Source: Eledone cirrhosa (Eukaryota). Taken from it: DNA of 64,000 nt. How positions within the stretch are numbered: position 1 is the first letter of the stretch; each line of letters begins with the position of its first letter. The translations under genes were made by a program, and so were the position numbers. Positions 23,975-38,550 of the stretch are shown here, one piece after another. The notes beneath the pieces are model-generated. The model saw only the letters and a program-made list of their open reading frames with translations, was not told the DNA's origin and searched no databases. The DNA lies in contig OZ024764.1 in assembly GCA_964016885.1 (NCBI GenBank), positions 21,266,001 through 21,330,000 of the forward strand, in the 5' to 3' direction.

Positions 23975-24820
23975 TCACTGCCCACACTGCAAAGTGGTTG
24001 GGTAGGTGATATGACAAAAAACACCCAACCCACACTGTAGAGAACACACAGTCAACATTATAAGGTGGTCATGTAGGTGATATGACAAAAAGAAACCAGC
24101 CCACACTGTAAAGAACACACAGTCAACATTATAAGGTGGTCATGTAGGTGATATGACAAAAAGAAACCAGCCCACACTGCAAAGAACACACAGCCAACAC
24201 TATAAGGTGGTCATGTAGGTGATATAACAAAAAGAAACCAGCCCACACTGTAAAGGACATACAGTCAATACTATAAACTGGTCATGTAGGTGACATGACA
24301 AAAAGAAACCAGCCCACACTGTAAAGCGGTTGCATAGGTGTCACGGCAAAAAGCACCCAGCCCACACTGTAAAGTGGTCATGTAGGTGACAACAAAAAGT
24401 ACCCAGCCAAAACTTTAAAATGGTCATGTTGGTGTCACAACAAAAAGTACCCAGTCCACACTATAAATTGGTCATGTTGGTGTCACAACAAAAAGTAACC
24501 AATGCACACTGTAAAGTGGTCATGTAGCTGTCACAACAAAAAGCACCCAGCCCACACTGTAAAGTGGTCATATAGGTGTCACAACAAAAAGCACCCAGCC
24601 CACACTGTAAAGAGGTCGTGATGGTGAGATGGTAAAATGCACCCAGTACTCAATGTAAATAAGGTTGGTGCTAGGAAGGGCATCCAGCTGTAGAAACCAA
24701 TCCAAAATTTGTTCTGTAGGAGCAACACGTGATCACCTGACCTGGCAATGCTTACAACAGGATAACTCGTCTAACCCATGCCAGCGTGAAAAAACTGATG
24801 TTAAACAGTGATTATGATAT
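23975..24820 (+). repeat. 48/70-bp SINE-derived minisatellite plus SINE tail
   Basis: Same unit as 5690-6375, with the GGAAGGGCATCCAGC core intact at 24674. Confidence 0.85.
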
Positions 24821-25418
24821 AACATTTGTTTAATAATTGTTTCTACTTTAGGCACAAGGCCAGCAATTACCCAGTGCGTTACTGGTACTTTATTTTATCG
24901 ACCCCGTAATTTGTTTAATAATGAATTCCAATCTCATTGTTAACAGCTATAGATGTCAGGATGTGAACCTTCTTACTGAAATATTTTCTCCATGTTAGTG
25001 GCTGAAGAAGATTTAGAAAACTTTCACACAATAACAGTATTCCCTAACTTCTCCCCTAAAAAATACAGGACAAGCAGGGCCAGACTTTTACCTACTGAAG
25101 CCCTAAGCTATATGAAATTAGAGGTTCTTCTCTAAAAATATATAATTATCTTTTATATTAATGTTAATGATAAAGAATAAATAATATAATAAATATACCA
25201 CCATAGGTGCTGAGGTGGCTAGCTGCTGGTGTGAGCCTCACGAGATGGAATGGCTCTTCCAGCACATCTAGAACAACATGACCCTCTAATATCTAGTATT
25301 TGGTAACAAACTAGACCACCCGGGACCTGCTGGGTCACGTTCCTTTATCACTATTTTTTAAAAGTCATTTAAAATAATTTTTAAATAGTTAAAATATACA
25401 CATACGTATATATATATA

Positions 25419-26140
25419 TCATCATCGTCATCACCATTATACGTCCGTTCTTCCACGCTAGCATGGGTTAGACGGGTTGTCCTGTTGTGGGCAGCGCCTG
25501 GTCGGCTGACCATGCCTTGCTCATACAGGAACTGATTTGGCTTGATTTCTACAGCAGGATGCCCTTCCTAACACCAACCTCATTTACAGTGAGTGCTGGT
25601 TGCTTTTTCGTGGCGCCTACATGTCCACTTTACAGTGTGGGCTCGGTGCTTTTTTGCTGTGGCACCTTCACGACCACCTTGCAGTGGGAGGGTGTGGGGG
25701 CATATTGTCTATATGCTTCATACGTATATATATATACAGATACGTATATATGCACATACGTATATATATATATATATCATCATCATCATCGTTTAATGTC
25801 CATGTTCCACGCTTGCATGGGTATGGACGGGAGTTTTCCCACTTGAGGCAAGAGTGGTTGTCTTGCTCACATAAGACTGTCTGGCGGGTTTTCTACGGCT
25901 GGATGCCCTTCCTAACACTAACCACATTTACAGTGTGGGACTGGGAGGTTTTTAACGTGTTGCCTACACGGCCACATTACAGCGTGGACTGTGTGTTTTT
26001 TGTCGTGACACCTACACGATCTCATTTGTTTCGGCCTGGATGTTGTGGCAGCAACATAACTTTACATAGGAGGGGCTGGTGTGGATGGGGTGGGGGGGAC
26101 GGGTGTGTATTTTGTTAGAGATGCCTACTGGCTGTAGTAG
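25419..26140 (-). mobile_element. Two RTE-related SINE copies in reverse orientation, copy-2 specific
   Basis: (CAT)n tails at 25419 and 25778, and GGATGCCCTTCCTAACAC cores at ~25557 and ~25901. They replace most of the Helitron-like element. Confidence 0.75.
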
Positions 26141-26261
26141 GTTTTACTATGTAAAGTTAGTAAACGACAGTTTGGAGAAATCTGTAACATTTATTAAACA
26201 TTGCTCAAGTTTGTCAATTCTATAGCACAATAGTTTGTTAGTTAGTGTTTAGTTAGATGTT

Positions 26262-26626
26262 CTACATATAAAGAAGAGAGAATACTTTACCACAAATATT
26301 ACAGTGGTATAATGATTTTCCCATCTCTTCTGGAAAATATTCCTATGTTGATGTAAATATTTCTATTGTTCATAATTTTTACCAAATGTGATCTTTGTCA
26401 ATATCCACATATTTTGAAAACTCCTTTGTAAATATCTAAAGTTTAATCAGAATGTAAAATCATCTTGTAAATATTCCAGACAGTGAAAAAGGAAAATATT
26501 TATCTCAATTCAGAAGAAATATTTCACCATAATTCACCACAGACTAAACAAGTTTATATCACTTGTATGTAACATCTTTCTGTTGTCTTTAAAAGACTCT
26601 TTTCTGTCAAGGTCATGTGATATTCT
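26262..26626 (-). pseudogene. Relic C2H2-ZNF exon with one broken finger
   Basis: 26324-26262 encodes MGKSLYHCNICGKVFSLLYM*, with an acceptor at 26625. Confidence 0.65.
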
Positions 26627-26916
26627 GAAATAGTAGAGAAACATTATTAAGATATTTAGAAAGTAGAGATACAACAGTGAAAACTTTACTACATCTCTAT
26701 ATTAATAGATATAAACCTTGCATGGTGACACAAACACTGCAACACTAACTTACAGGAAACCATGTAGTTACTTGATCTAGTTACTTCAATCAGGTGAAGA
26801 GATAAACTAGATTGACTTCATTCTCATCAGAAAACAGGATAGACAGATGGTTGGGAATATTAACTCCTTTACTGGAGAAAGACGTACCACTCAACATAGA
26901 CTAGATACGAGGTGTA

Positions 26917-27645
26917 AGATCTAGAGGGAATGACATATACAAGACTATCTGTAGAAGGGTTGGAGAGTAAAAGATCTCCCCGTTAAATATAAAATCTACA
27001 GGGACTGTGAGGGAGGTACAAGACGACCTAGAGAAAAGAGTTGGAGAGTAAAAGATCTCCCTGTTAAATATAAGATCTAGAGGGACTGTGAGAGAGGTAA
27101 AAGAAAACCTAGAGAAAAGGGTAGGGCTAGTAAAAAATCTCCCTGTTAAATATAAGATCTAGAGGGACTGTGAAAGAGATACAAGACAACCTAGAGAAAA
27201 GGGTAGGGACAGTAAAAGATCTCCCTGTTAACTATAAGATCTAGAGGGACTGTGAGAGAGGTACAACACCACCTAGAGAAAAGAGTAGGGATAGTAAAAT
27301 ATCTCCCTGTTAAATATAAGATCTAGAGGGACTGTGAGAGGCTCAAGACAACCTAGAGAAAAGGGTAGGGACAGTAAAAGATATCCCTGTTAAATATAAG
27401 ATCTAGAGGGACTGTGAGACTGGTACAAGACAACCTAGAGAAAAGGGTAGAGATAGTAAAAGATCTCCCTGTTAAATATAAGATCTAGAGGAACTGTGAG
27501 AGAGGTACAAGACAACCTAGAGAAAAGGGTAGGGACAGTAAAAGATCTCCCTGTTAAATATAAGATCTAGAGGAACTGTGAGAGAGGTACAAGACAACCT
27601 AGAGAAAAGGGTAGGGACAGTAAAAGATCTCCCTGTTAAATATAA
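26917..27645 (+). repeat. 82-bp RTE-derived minisatellite (~9 units)
   Basis: Same unit as 7831-8265, continuing into FRDVLHDTYDKEEEIDSYDIED (RTE-like). Confidence 0.88.
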
Positions 27646-28291
27646 TTTCAGAGATGTTCTACATGATACATATGATAAGGAGGAGGAGATTGATAGCTAT
27701 GACATAGAAGATATCTGCAAGTTTCTTTCAGACAGCCTGTTGTGAACCACTGATAAGATCTGTAGTTGATGTAAGCTGCCAGCCAGATGAATGTTGCCTT
27801 GATGATGGAATAGTACAGTAGATAGAAATTGAAATCTAAAAGACCTGAAGAGACAGGAGGAGAACAACAATATCAAATAGTTAACATGGAAGCTAGATAT
27901 TAGGCTTACAAGTTATTGATTTATGTTGTTCTTGTTAAAATCTGTTTAATCTGTGATATTTGAGACAATGTACAGGACAATAGAATTAATATCAATGTCT
28001 GACTAACAACAACAAAAGTTTTCATTTTATTGGCAGGTTTAAATTACAGAAGTTCCCAACCTTTACTAAAAATACAAATATATATCTTACCTGTTAAAGT
28101 ATAATAAATCAAAGTTTAATGTGAAAAACTTCAATTTACACAAAATCTTCAAACACTGCTTCAAAAATGGAAACCTGGTGTTTATGATCCCTGTCATAGG
28201 TAAAACCTACAAGGTTGACCCCAGTTTTAGCAAGGATGATGGATCTACACATTTGTTGTAGTATGATGTAATGTGTCTGATATTGATACAG

Positions 28292-29407
28292 CTAAACTTC
28301 TGTATGAATACGCACATGCTTGGTTAAGTTACCACTTTGAGAGAATGATTTACCACAGATGTCACAGTGATATGGCTTCTCTCCTGTATGAGTACGTTTG
28401 TGGATAGTTAGGTGATTACTATGAGAGAATGATTTACCACAGATATCACAGTGATATGGCTTCTCTCCTGTATGAGTACGTTTGTGGATAGTTAGGTGAT
28501 TACTACGAGAGAATGATTTACCACAGATGTCACAGTGATATGGCTTCTCTCCTGTATGAGTACGTCTGTGGGTAGCTACGCAACTTCTGTCAGCGAATGA
28601 TTTACCACAGATGTCACAGTCATATGGTTTCTCTCCCGTATGAGTACGTTTGTGAGTAGTTAGGTTATTACTATGAGAGAATGAATTACCACAGATGTCA
28701 CACTGATATGGCTTCTCTCCTGTATGAATACGTTTGTGAGTAGTTAGGTGACTACTATGAGAGAATGATTTATCACAGATGTCACATTGATATGGCTTCT
28801 CTCCTGTATGAATACGTTGGTGTTTAACAAAGCTACTTCTGTCAGAGAATGTTTTACCACAGATATCACAGTGATATGGTTTCTCTCCTGTATGAATACG
28901 TTTGTGAGTAGTTAGGTGATTACTCTGAGAGAATGAATTACCGCAGATGTCACAGTGATATGGCTTATCTCCTGTATGAATACGTTTGTGATTAGTTAAG
29001 CTATCTCTGCAAGAGAATGATTTACTACAGATGTCACAGTGATGTGGCTTCTCTCCTGTATGAATACGTTTGTGAGTAGTTAAGTTATTACTCTGACTGA
29101 ATGATTTACCACAGATGTCACAGTGATATGGTTTCTCTCCTGTATGAATACGTTTGTGATTAGTTAAGCTATCTCTGCAAGAGAATGATTTACTACAGAT
29201 GTCACAGTGATGTGGCTTCTCTCCTGTATGAATTTGTTTGTGAACTCTGATGCTACTACCGTAACTGAATGATTTACCACAGATTTCACAGTGATAAGGC
29301 TTCTCTCCTGTATGACTACGTTTGTGCGTAGTTATCTGATTACTACGAGAGAATGATTTACCACAGATATCACAGTGGAATGGTGATTTTACTATATTTT
29401 TCGACAT
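28292..29407 (-). CDS. C2H2 zinc-finger protein, 13 tandem fingers
   Basis: Intact 371-aa [12 protein letters not shown]...HVRIHTEV, with TGEKP linkers. Confidence 0.93.
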   Translation of the reverse strand: MSKNIVKSPFHCDICGKSFSRSNQITTHKRSHTGEKPYHCEICGKSFSYGSSIRVHKQIHTGEKPHHCDICSKSFSCRDSLTNHKRIHTGEKPYHCDICGKSFSQSNNLTTHKRIHTGEKPHHCDICSKSFSCRDSLTNHKRIHTGDKPYHCDICGNSFSQSNHLTTHKRIHTGEKPYHCDICGKTFSDRSSFVKHQRIHTGEKPYQCDICDKSFSHSSHLTTHKRIHTGEKPYQCDICGNSFSHSNNLTTHKRTHTGEKPYDCDICGKSFADRSCVATHRRTHTGEKPYHCDICGKSFSRSNHLTIHKRTHTGEKPYHCDICGKSFSHSNHLTIHKRTHTGEKPYHCDICGKSFSQSGNLTKHVRIHTEV

Positions 29408-30344
29408 ATCTCCTACTAAAAGATATCAATCACCTCAGTTTCTCACATAATTCACAGTTTTAATATTTTTCTCCTCTTAATATATGGATATTTTTCTTCT
29501 TTATGTTTATAATATTATTCCTAAAATATATTCCTCCAGATATATTTCCATCAACTTGGTCTTTCTTTATATTTAAAGATGATACAAACTGTTTTGTAGA
29601 TGTCTTCAAGTTTAATATACATATAAAATCATCTTGAACATATTCCAGACAGTGAAGAATCTAATTTTTCTGGTTTTTATTTGATTAGTTATTCCTGTAA
29701 TAATGGAAATATTTCTACTCCTGTAGTTCCATCAACTATCATCTTTGTCAATATATGAAGATCTCACAAAATCAGCTTTATTTTGTATCTTCTACATATT
29801 CCAGACAGCAAAGAATAGAAGTGTTATTGAGTTTACAAGAAATATTTCCCAGTATTTCTCCCCTAGATTTATATAAACAAGGTTGTATCTGTTCTGTATA
29901 ACAGCTTCTTTTAATCTTTAAATAATGGTGTTGATGAAACACCTGATATAAAAGTGTTTTATCTTTTTCATACCAGTCTTTATATTTATCTAAAAACTTT
30001 CCATTGTAACTTCATGAAATTGTGCAAAGTTATGTTCCAAATAGCAGCTTAATACTGAGAAATTTAGTTATATTACTAAATCCCTTCAAAGTGTTGAGTG
30101 TTTTCAAAATTATTTGAAAATGATGGGTAGTGTCTTTCATTAGAAATGGTTAATGTTGAGGATATGTCTGATGTAACGTGCTCGTTAATGCCAATGTCCT
30201 TTGGTATTCTGAAAGAACATTATAAGATACTCAGAAACTTGTAATACATCAGTACAAAATTCATATAATATTTCTATATTGATAAATGGACTGTAATAAA
30301 TACTACGGCCTTCCTTGGTGAAGAATGTGCTGACTGACATAGGT

Positions 30345-31148
30345 TAGTTATTAGTGGCAGTAGATTAAACTGACTGATAAAAGTAGTTAATAGTGACTTT
30401 AGATTATACTGACTGATAAAAGCAGTTAATAGTGACTTTAGATTAAACTGACTGATAAAAGTAGTTAATAGTGACTTTAGATTAAACTGACTGATAAAAG
30501 TAGTTAATAGTGACTTTAGATTATACTGACTGATAAAAGTAGTTAATAGTGACTTTAGATTAAACTGACTGATAAAAATAGTTATTAGTGAGATTAGATT
30601 AAACTGACTGATAAAAGTAGTTATTAGTGACATTAGATTAAAGTGACAGATAAAAGTAGTTATTAGTGGCAGTAGATTAAACTGACTGATAAAAGTAGTT
30701 ATTAGTGGCAGTAGATTAAACTGACTGATAAAAGTAGTTAATAGTGACTTTAGATTATACTGACTGATAAAAGTAGTTATTAGTGACATTAGATTAAAGT
30801 GACAGATAAAAGTAGTTATTAGTGGCAGTAGATTAAACTGACTGATAAAAGTAGTTATTAGTGGCAGTAGATTAAACTGACTGATAAAAGTAGTTATTAG
30901 TGACATTAGATTAAACTGACTGATAAAAGTAGTTATTAGTGGCAGTAGATTAAACTGACTGATAAAAGTAGTTATTAGTGACATTAGATTAAACTGACTG
31001 ATAAAAGTAGTTATTAGTGAGATTAGATTAAACTGACTGATAAAAGTAGTTATTAGTGGCAGTAGATTAAACTGACTGATAAAAGTAGTTATTAGTGACA
31101 TTAGATTAAACTGACTGATAAAAGTAGTTATTAGTGACATCAGATTAA
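30345..31148. repeat. 39-bp intronic VNTR (~20 units)
   Basis: Same unit as 10720-11170 with additional variants. Confidence 0.95.
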
Positions 31149-31289
31149 CCCTTTAGTATTCACATTACTCTATATTTACTATTATATTTTCACAGTAAAT
31201 GCTTTATCTCTCATAATATCAAATCTATGAGATTTTCATGTTATTTATTTTGAGAACAATACCTTAACATAAGTATAAGTGAAAAGTTC

Positions 31290-34155
31290 TAAGAATATAC
31301 TTAGCCAAAACTAAAGTGCTAATGGATAGGAGAGAAGACCCTGACCCCTTCAGGAAAGTGGCCCTGCTCCATATGTAGAAAAGGAATAAGTAGAGATAAC
31401 CACAATGACAGAGACCTAGTTATAATAGCAGGGGACTTGAATGGTCATGTTGGACAGCTCCAGGATGGATACACTGGAGTACATGGTGGTCATGGTTATG
31501 GCTCAAGAAATGAAGAAGGAGTGAGGCTTCTTGTATTTTGTGATGCAAGTGAACTAACCCTTTGCAACGCTTCAAGAAACCTACCAACCACCTAACAACC
31601 TACCGATCAGGTGAACACCTGAGACAGATTGACTTCGTCCTAGTTAGGCAGCAAGAGAGACAGATGGTGTCAAATACTAAGGCATACTCCAGGGAACAAT
31701 GTAACCCCCCAACATAGGTTAGTCGTTAGTGACATCTCAGTAAGCAAGAGACAAAGTGAGACATACAAGAAGGTGTGAAAAAGGAAGGTCTGGAAACTAA
31801 AAGACCTTTCACTAAAATATAAATTTAGGAAAGCCCTTCAAGATGTGTATGACGAAAAAGAAGATGATTTAGAGTCCTATGACATGGATGATAACTGGAA
31901 TTTCTTACGTGACAACTTACTGCAGGTTACTGAAGAAACTTGTGGCTGGAACAGAGCTCCAACCAGACAGAGGGTGACCTGGTGGTGGAACAGCACGGTA
32001 GATAGAGCCATTAGAGACCAAAGACTTGGAAAAATGGTAGGGGTAGAGACCGATTCACAGCCGCTAAGAGAGAAGCTAGATGTCAGGTCTACTTAACATG
32101 CAGGGAGGCTGAGAGGAGAAGGTTTGCCAATGTCCTGCGATGGGGAGATCAGAAATGTGCGGTGTTCCACATTACAAGGCAGTGTGTCAGTGTAAATCCC
32201 GATGTTGGTGCACTTAGTGTCACTGATTCTCAAAAAAAAGGAGGCCTGGAAATGCCATTATGAGAGACTGATGAATGTGGAGAATGAATAGGAGGGGAGC
32301 TACCTTCAGTAGACCCGACAGAAGGACCAGCTATTGAGATTGACGACTATAGGGTCCAAGAGGCAATTAAGGAAATGAAAAATGGTAGGTCTGCTGGACT
32401 GTTGGGGATAGTTGCTGAGATGCTGAAGGCATCAAGAGAAGTAGGAATTAAAGTGGTTGCATGCATCATTAATCAGGCTATATATGGTGGTGTCATACCC
32501 AAAGACTGGTGCAGCAGTATTCTCATAAATTGAGGTAAAGGTAAAGGGGATGTTCTGGAGGGGAGTAATTATAGGGGTATAAAACTGATGGATCAGGTTA
32601 TGAAAGTGACAGAAAGAATACTAGCGCAACTTAGAGAAAGGGTCAAACAGATGCCCTCTTCTTAGTGAGACAACTACAAGAGAGGTTCTTAGAGAATAAA
32701 ACCACTATACTTAGTTTTTGTTGACCTAGAGAAGGCCTTTGATAGAGTACCCCAATCTGTCATCTGGTGGTCCCTAAGGAAACTAGGTGTAGAGGAATAG
32801 TTTGTGAGGACAGTGCAAGCTATGTACAGAGGTGCTGTCAGTAAAGTGAGGGTAGGCATGGAGTTTAGTGAGGAATTACAGATGCAGGAGTACATCAGGG
32901 TTCGGTCCTCAGCCCGCTCTTGTTCATTAGAGTCCTCCAAGTCATAACAGAGGAGTTTAAGACTAGGTGCCCATGGCATGTTCTCTATGCTGACGATATG
33001 GTTCTTATAGCAGAATCAGTAGAGGAGCTAGAGAATAAATTCTGGCTATTGCAACAGCAGTTGGAATCAAGAGGACTGAGAGTGAACCTAGCTAAGACTA
33101 AAGTGTTGATGAGTAGAAAAGAGGACAAAACTGTCATTCCATCAGGTAAATGGCCTTGTTCAATATGTAGAAAAGGAACTGGCATAAATTCTATAATGTA
33201 CACAATGCAGATTTTGGGTACACAAGAAATGTAGTGGGATAGCAGGCAAACTAACAGGTAGAGAAAAATACATATGTAGATGTACAGGGAAATTTGACAG
33301 TAGAAGTCGCAGTGATAGACACATTTTTCAAATGCAAATAGGTTCTATAGAAGTGGTTGATAGCTTCCGGTATCTAGGTGATCAAATTAGCATGGGAGGA
33401 GGGTGCCCAGAGGCCATAGTATCTAGAATAAGGACGGGTTGGAAAAAGTTTAGGGAGCTGCTTCCTCTGTTGACAAAGAAGGGTTTCTCTCTAAGAACGA
33501 ATGGCTTGTGATGCCTGCGTGAGATGTGTGATGCTGCACGGTAGTGAGACATGGACAGCAACTGCGGAGAATATGCGACGGCTGGAGAGAAATGAAGCAA
33601 GTATGCTCCGTTGGATGTGCAATGTCAATGTGCATCAACGACCAAGCATAGATGAGTTGAGAGAGAATGCACAACATGGCCATACCAGTGCATGTGTCTC
33701 CTGTGAAACACATCCTTGAGGTTGTCGATCAGCAGTTTTTTTAGGAGCTCAGTCGAGCTGACATCATCCTCAATGGTCACACTACACATCCAGTGGATCA
33801 TAGCTCTGTCATTTCTTCAGAGTCAATTCAGACAGTCAGATAACATGGCCCAGATAACAATGACAGAGACGTAGTTATAATAGCAGGGGACTTCAATGGT
33901 CATGTTGGACAGCTCCAGGATGGATACACTGGGGTACATGGTGGTCATCGTTATGGCTCCAGAAATGAAGAAGGAGTGAGGCTTCTTGTATTTTGTGATG
34001 CAAGTGAACTAACCATTTGCAACACTTCAAGAAACCTACCAACCACCTAATAACCTACCAATCAGGTGAGCACATGAGACAGATTGACTTCTTTCTAGTT
34101 AGGGAGTAAGACAGATAGATGGTGTCAAATACTAAGGCATACCCCAGGGAACAAA
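31290..34155 (+). mobile_element. Degraded RTE LINE with inverted fragment and local re-duplication
   Basis: Paralog of 11605-14165. 33855-34155 repeats the 31400-31700 endonuclease segment. Confidence 0.85.
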
Positions 34156-34519
34156 GTAGCAGGAAACGACTAGATTTGTAGATAAAGAAGTGGGAGACAG
34201 GATTATCGGAGTTTAGAAGAGCTACACACTTCTCCAGTTGGCTGGGAAATAATTATCTTTCCTTAATTTTATTTCTCGACCTCTTAGATGTTTGCAATCG
34301 ACTTTTCTTCCTGAAAACGGAAACCCTAATCCGAATACTGGGAAATAAAACTTCTATTGAAAGTATCTAAAGAGTGCAGAGAAAAAATACTGGAAAAGGG
34401 GTATAGCAAGAATTCTAAGAAAAATAATTATTCCCACCCAACGTGAGGTGTGAGTAGATCTGTGAAACTACATCTCTTTGTATACTTTCACCCTACTTTT
34501 TCTACAAATCAAGTCGTTT

Positions 34520-34730
34520 CCGTGTGGGTACCTGGTTATTTCAGCACCGTAGCCTCACCTTACTGAGGTGTCAGGTGATATCAGTAAGAGTACCTATTTA
34601 TCTCAGCACCTTAGCCTCACCTTACAGAGGCGTCAGGTGATACCCGTGAGAGTACCTGGTTATTTCAGCACCTTAGCCTCACCATCACCCGTTGTAATGC
34701 TGCCAGTGTGTTGGCTTGCCTCAAAGTGTG
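34520..34730 (+). repeat. 60-bp CRE-derived tandem repeat
   Basis: Paralog of 17877-18070. Confidence 0.75.
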
Positions 34731-34771
34731 TAGTTAACCCCTAGGGTGTGAGGTGTGGCCTATTATCACAC

Positions 34772-37700
34772 TATAAATTCAATTTATTCACGTTTATAAT
34801 AACATATATAATGACACAATGCTTAGAGGAAAGTCATAAAATCACTTATATCAACACAAGTGGATAAGTTCCTTCAGAATGAAAATATAAACAGAGCATA
34901 TAAATAAATTTACAGTAGAATAACATAACAAATATGTTTTAAATATATAAATAACATTACAAATGCCTCGGTAACACTATAAAGGATGATACAATGAAAG
35001 ATAAATTCCTTCAATGTTGCAATATTAAAGAAAATGTAAAGGAAGGGGTGGACAACAGAGCCAACACCAGAGCAAAAGACAGCAACGAGGGGTACTGGGA
35101 AACCTCTCTAATGAGTTTTGAGGCAAGCCGGCACACTGGCAGTGTTACCTCGGGTGATGACGAGGCTGAGGTGCTGGAACAGCCAAACGCCCTCGCGATT
35201 TCGCCAGTTACCTCTATAAGGCGAGCCGCCAGTGAGGAAAGGAACCTCGGAGTCAGCGGCCCGACTCCCCCAAACGTCTCGAAAGCCACAGGCTGAAAAA
35301 TGTAGCTGGCCGACAGATCAGAGTATTTGAGGGTCTTACTCCGCTCGGCTGCCGAAGCTGTGGCTCTCGTCCTTACCGCAGCATCAAGGATGTGGGAAAG
35401 AGCAAAGGAGTCACTAACAGTGACGTCCCAGATTAAGCACCTGCATCTCGACCAGGGGCACAGGGTAAGGCCGTCAGGTCTTTTGCCGTCACTTCTGGAC
35501 AACCCAGATGGTTCCAAGACCGAGGGGATGTTTGCCCGGGCCAAAGCTCTCTTCAGAATAAAGTTTAGCTCCGTGTGACGGGCGAAGCAGCCGGCATTCA
35601 GGCGGCAAGGAAGACCGTGTGGGCCTGTGGAGTCGAGGAGTTAGCCACATCTCAAACCCATGCAGACGTCACCTCCCACTCTGAGGGGGATGGAGACACG
35701 AACTTCATCCAGGCTGAGTAGGCCTCCAACGTTGGCCACGGGTAAGGCATCGACCCAGTCACCGGAGTATTTGGCGCTGGCAGATGGTAAGCGGCACCTT
35801 GTAAACTGATCTGAGAGGACGAAGAGGGAGTCGAAGGTGGCATTCCAACGTATCCTGTCCCAAGTTCTCTGACTTCGACTGTCCTCCACCTTCTCAGGAA
35901 GGGACAAGCCCAACTCACTCCATTGCTGGAGAGCTTCACACAACTCCCTGTTGGAACTAGTCCATGTTGGAGAGGAGAGGATGCTGCAAGCTTGGGTGGA
36001 GGAAAGGAAGCAGGGGAGAGAGAGGGACGAACACTTACTAACATTGACCAGACACTCGAGTCTCTCGAAGATTAGGTCGTCGAAGCGTTGGAGGCAGGAT
36101 GGAAATCTGTGAGAGGGGCTGACTCTGAGCAGATACAGAAGCTTAGGAATAGACAGGTAGTTTCAATATTCCTCAGCAGCTGCTCAAGGCCAACCATCTT
36201 CGATTGGATGGTGGACTCGAAGGCCAGGTCCGTGATCGGGGCTTCTAAGGAGCACCAAGCCGACGGGGGAGGGACCGTGATGAAAGGGAAGGACTCTGCG
36301 AACAGGTCAATCAGCTGTTGGTGTTAAGAAGCCGGGTGGTTGAGGATCCAGAGCTCACATTTTGAGCTATTGATCTGGAGACCCCGGCGCGAAGCTCCTC
36401 CACCATCCTGTTGGCAGTGGCGAGAACCATATCCGGAGTTCCCCCCAAACAGGCGTCGTCGAGCTACCAGACATTGAGGTCCAACTCAACCCCCATCTTG
36501 GTGACGTCATCAATGTCCAGTGCGGGGAGGGGGGGGGTCACCGAGTGGGTCACCCTGTTGCACTCCTGAGGCAGAGGTGATGATCTGGTCACTGAAAGAG
36601 AGGTAGGAGGGCTCCCGATAAGCCTGCCAAGCAAAGTGGTAGAGTTGTGGGACCCTCTATCTTACTGAGCCGAGGACGATGTTACGGCTGACGGAGTTGA
36701 AGGCATTCCTGAGGTCAAGTTTGAGGATGACCTTGGGGGATGAGGAGGGCAAGTTGGCAAATGCTCTGGCAGCGTGGACAGCAGCCACACATCCCAACCT
36801 GGTACCCACCCACAGCTGGATGGGGGAAAATTCCTCCGCCACTGAGTTGGAGACCAACAGCAATCACGCCTTTGCAGTGAGGCGGCGAGGTGTGCAGCCA
36901 ACCGCAATGCGGGGCAGGTCCCCGTTAGGCTTGGTGAGACCAAATAGCTTCGCACCGAAGAACAGTGGGCGGATGAACGGGAGAACGTTCACTGATTCAC
37001 AAACTGAGTCAGACTCTCCAAGAGCTCGAGTCCGGCATCACCGGCCGATAAGGAGATACCATCCTTGAGATGTTGAGGACGAAGGACGTCAATTCCCGCG
37101 CCTGACCCAGCGGGGAAGGATGAAATCGCCTTTCTGATGATATTGGTGGTGTAAACCGGTCTCAAGTATTCTGGTGGTTCGGGCCAGTGTTGCTGATCAT
37201 CTGGGGGTGCTTCTCTCTCAGACGCTCACGAGAGTCAGAGTTGCATGGAGCAAGGGAGGACAGCCCCTTTAATGTCAAATTCGCTGAATTTGGCATTGAC
37301 GGCTCGCTTGAGGTCTACCGGTTGTCTGTTGGTGGACACCGAGCTCGGAGACGAACTGAGATGAGACGTGGTTGGGGTGGACTAAAACAGCTGGAACTGC
37401 CGCTTGAGAGAGGACTTGAGGGAACCCGAGTTCGCATTGTGCACGTGAAGAGAGATGAGGGGAAACAAAAACAATTTCTGCCAGACTATTGTTGGACGAG
37501 CAAACGTTTTTCAGTAAATTAGAGAGGGCACCTGCAAAGCTGTTCCGAGCTCCCTTAAGGGTCCGGTTAACGAGCTTTGATTTGGTGAAGCCCTGGGGGG
37601 GCTGTGGAAAGTCGTCGGTAGAGTGTTGGTCATCCCCACGGAATAGTCAGAGCTGAAGTGGCACCGATGACAGGTCCAGTGTTGAAGCCTTTTTGCTTGA

Positions 37701-38550
37701 GCTTTGGTGATGCCGACACAGCTTCTGTGGTAGCTTGCGTGGCATAGGTGACTTAATTGTCTTTAAGTACTGGTTAGTGCGGGCACAGAGGGCGCAATCA
37801 GGTGGCGGGCTGGCAACAGCCGGCAGTAGAGGGCCAGCGTTGGAATTCGCTGAAGGGAATCAGTAAAGGAGACAACAGTGGTTCTAACGGTGGGACTAAA
37901 GCGGGGGTTGGGTAGTGAGCTAACAGTTGTAGGGGTGGTGTGGTTGGCCGGGTTGGATTCGTTCGGAATCTGCCTTGAAGGAGAGGAGGGGTAGGTGGGG
38001 TCAAGTTAGCTCCTCTCGTGCGTGCTGCAGTTGGTGTAGAATGAGAGGTCGGAGGCTGACCGGTTGTCACATTAGTCGTTCCACCAAGCAGGTCTCTTGG
38101 TCGTTCGACGCATGCCACCCCCACCTAGAGTGGACTAGGTTAAAGTGGTGGCAACTTTAGCAATCGGCAATCGCCGGTGATAGTTCGGTCGAAACATCGG
38201 GCCACCGGCGGGTTGAACGAATACCTAGGTGGGCTGTGCGCGAGGAGGAAGTAAGGGTTGAGCAAGGGGAGGGATGGAAGGTGGAGAAGGAGTGAGAAGA
38301 TGATGAGTGCGTAGAGAGGAGTGTGGTCATGTGAGAGGCAGATAAATACAGTGGGAGAGAAAGAGCACTGAACATGCAAAGAGAAGGAAAATAAAAACGC
38401 TAGAAATACAAAATCTAAGGCTGTGAGTTTGTGTAATAGTTCGCATGGGTAAATCCGCAGTAAAAACCGAAATTGTGAGTTTGTGTAAAAAAAAAAAAAC
38501 ATGGGCAAGACTTGAGTAAAATCAAAACCTGAATGATAGTGATACAAGAT
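34772..38550 (-). mobile_element. CRE-clade non-LTR retrotransposon (RT plus restriction-like endonuclease), decayed
   Basis: Minus-strand motifs LFGAKLFGLTKPNG, ILKLDLRNAFNSVSR, SGVQQGDPLG, W*LDD, a zinc-knuckle-like CG..HGLPC..ARH and RPDGLTL.PW...WDVT..KY..PVAFETFG. AATAAA lies near the 3' junction. The element is absent from the other copies. The 5' boundary is uncertain. Confidence 0.85.
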
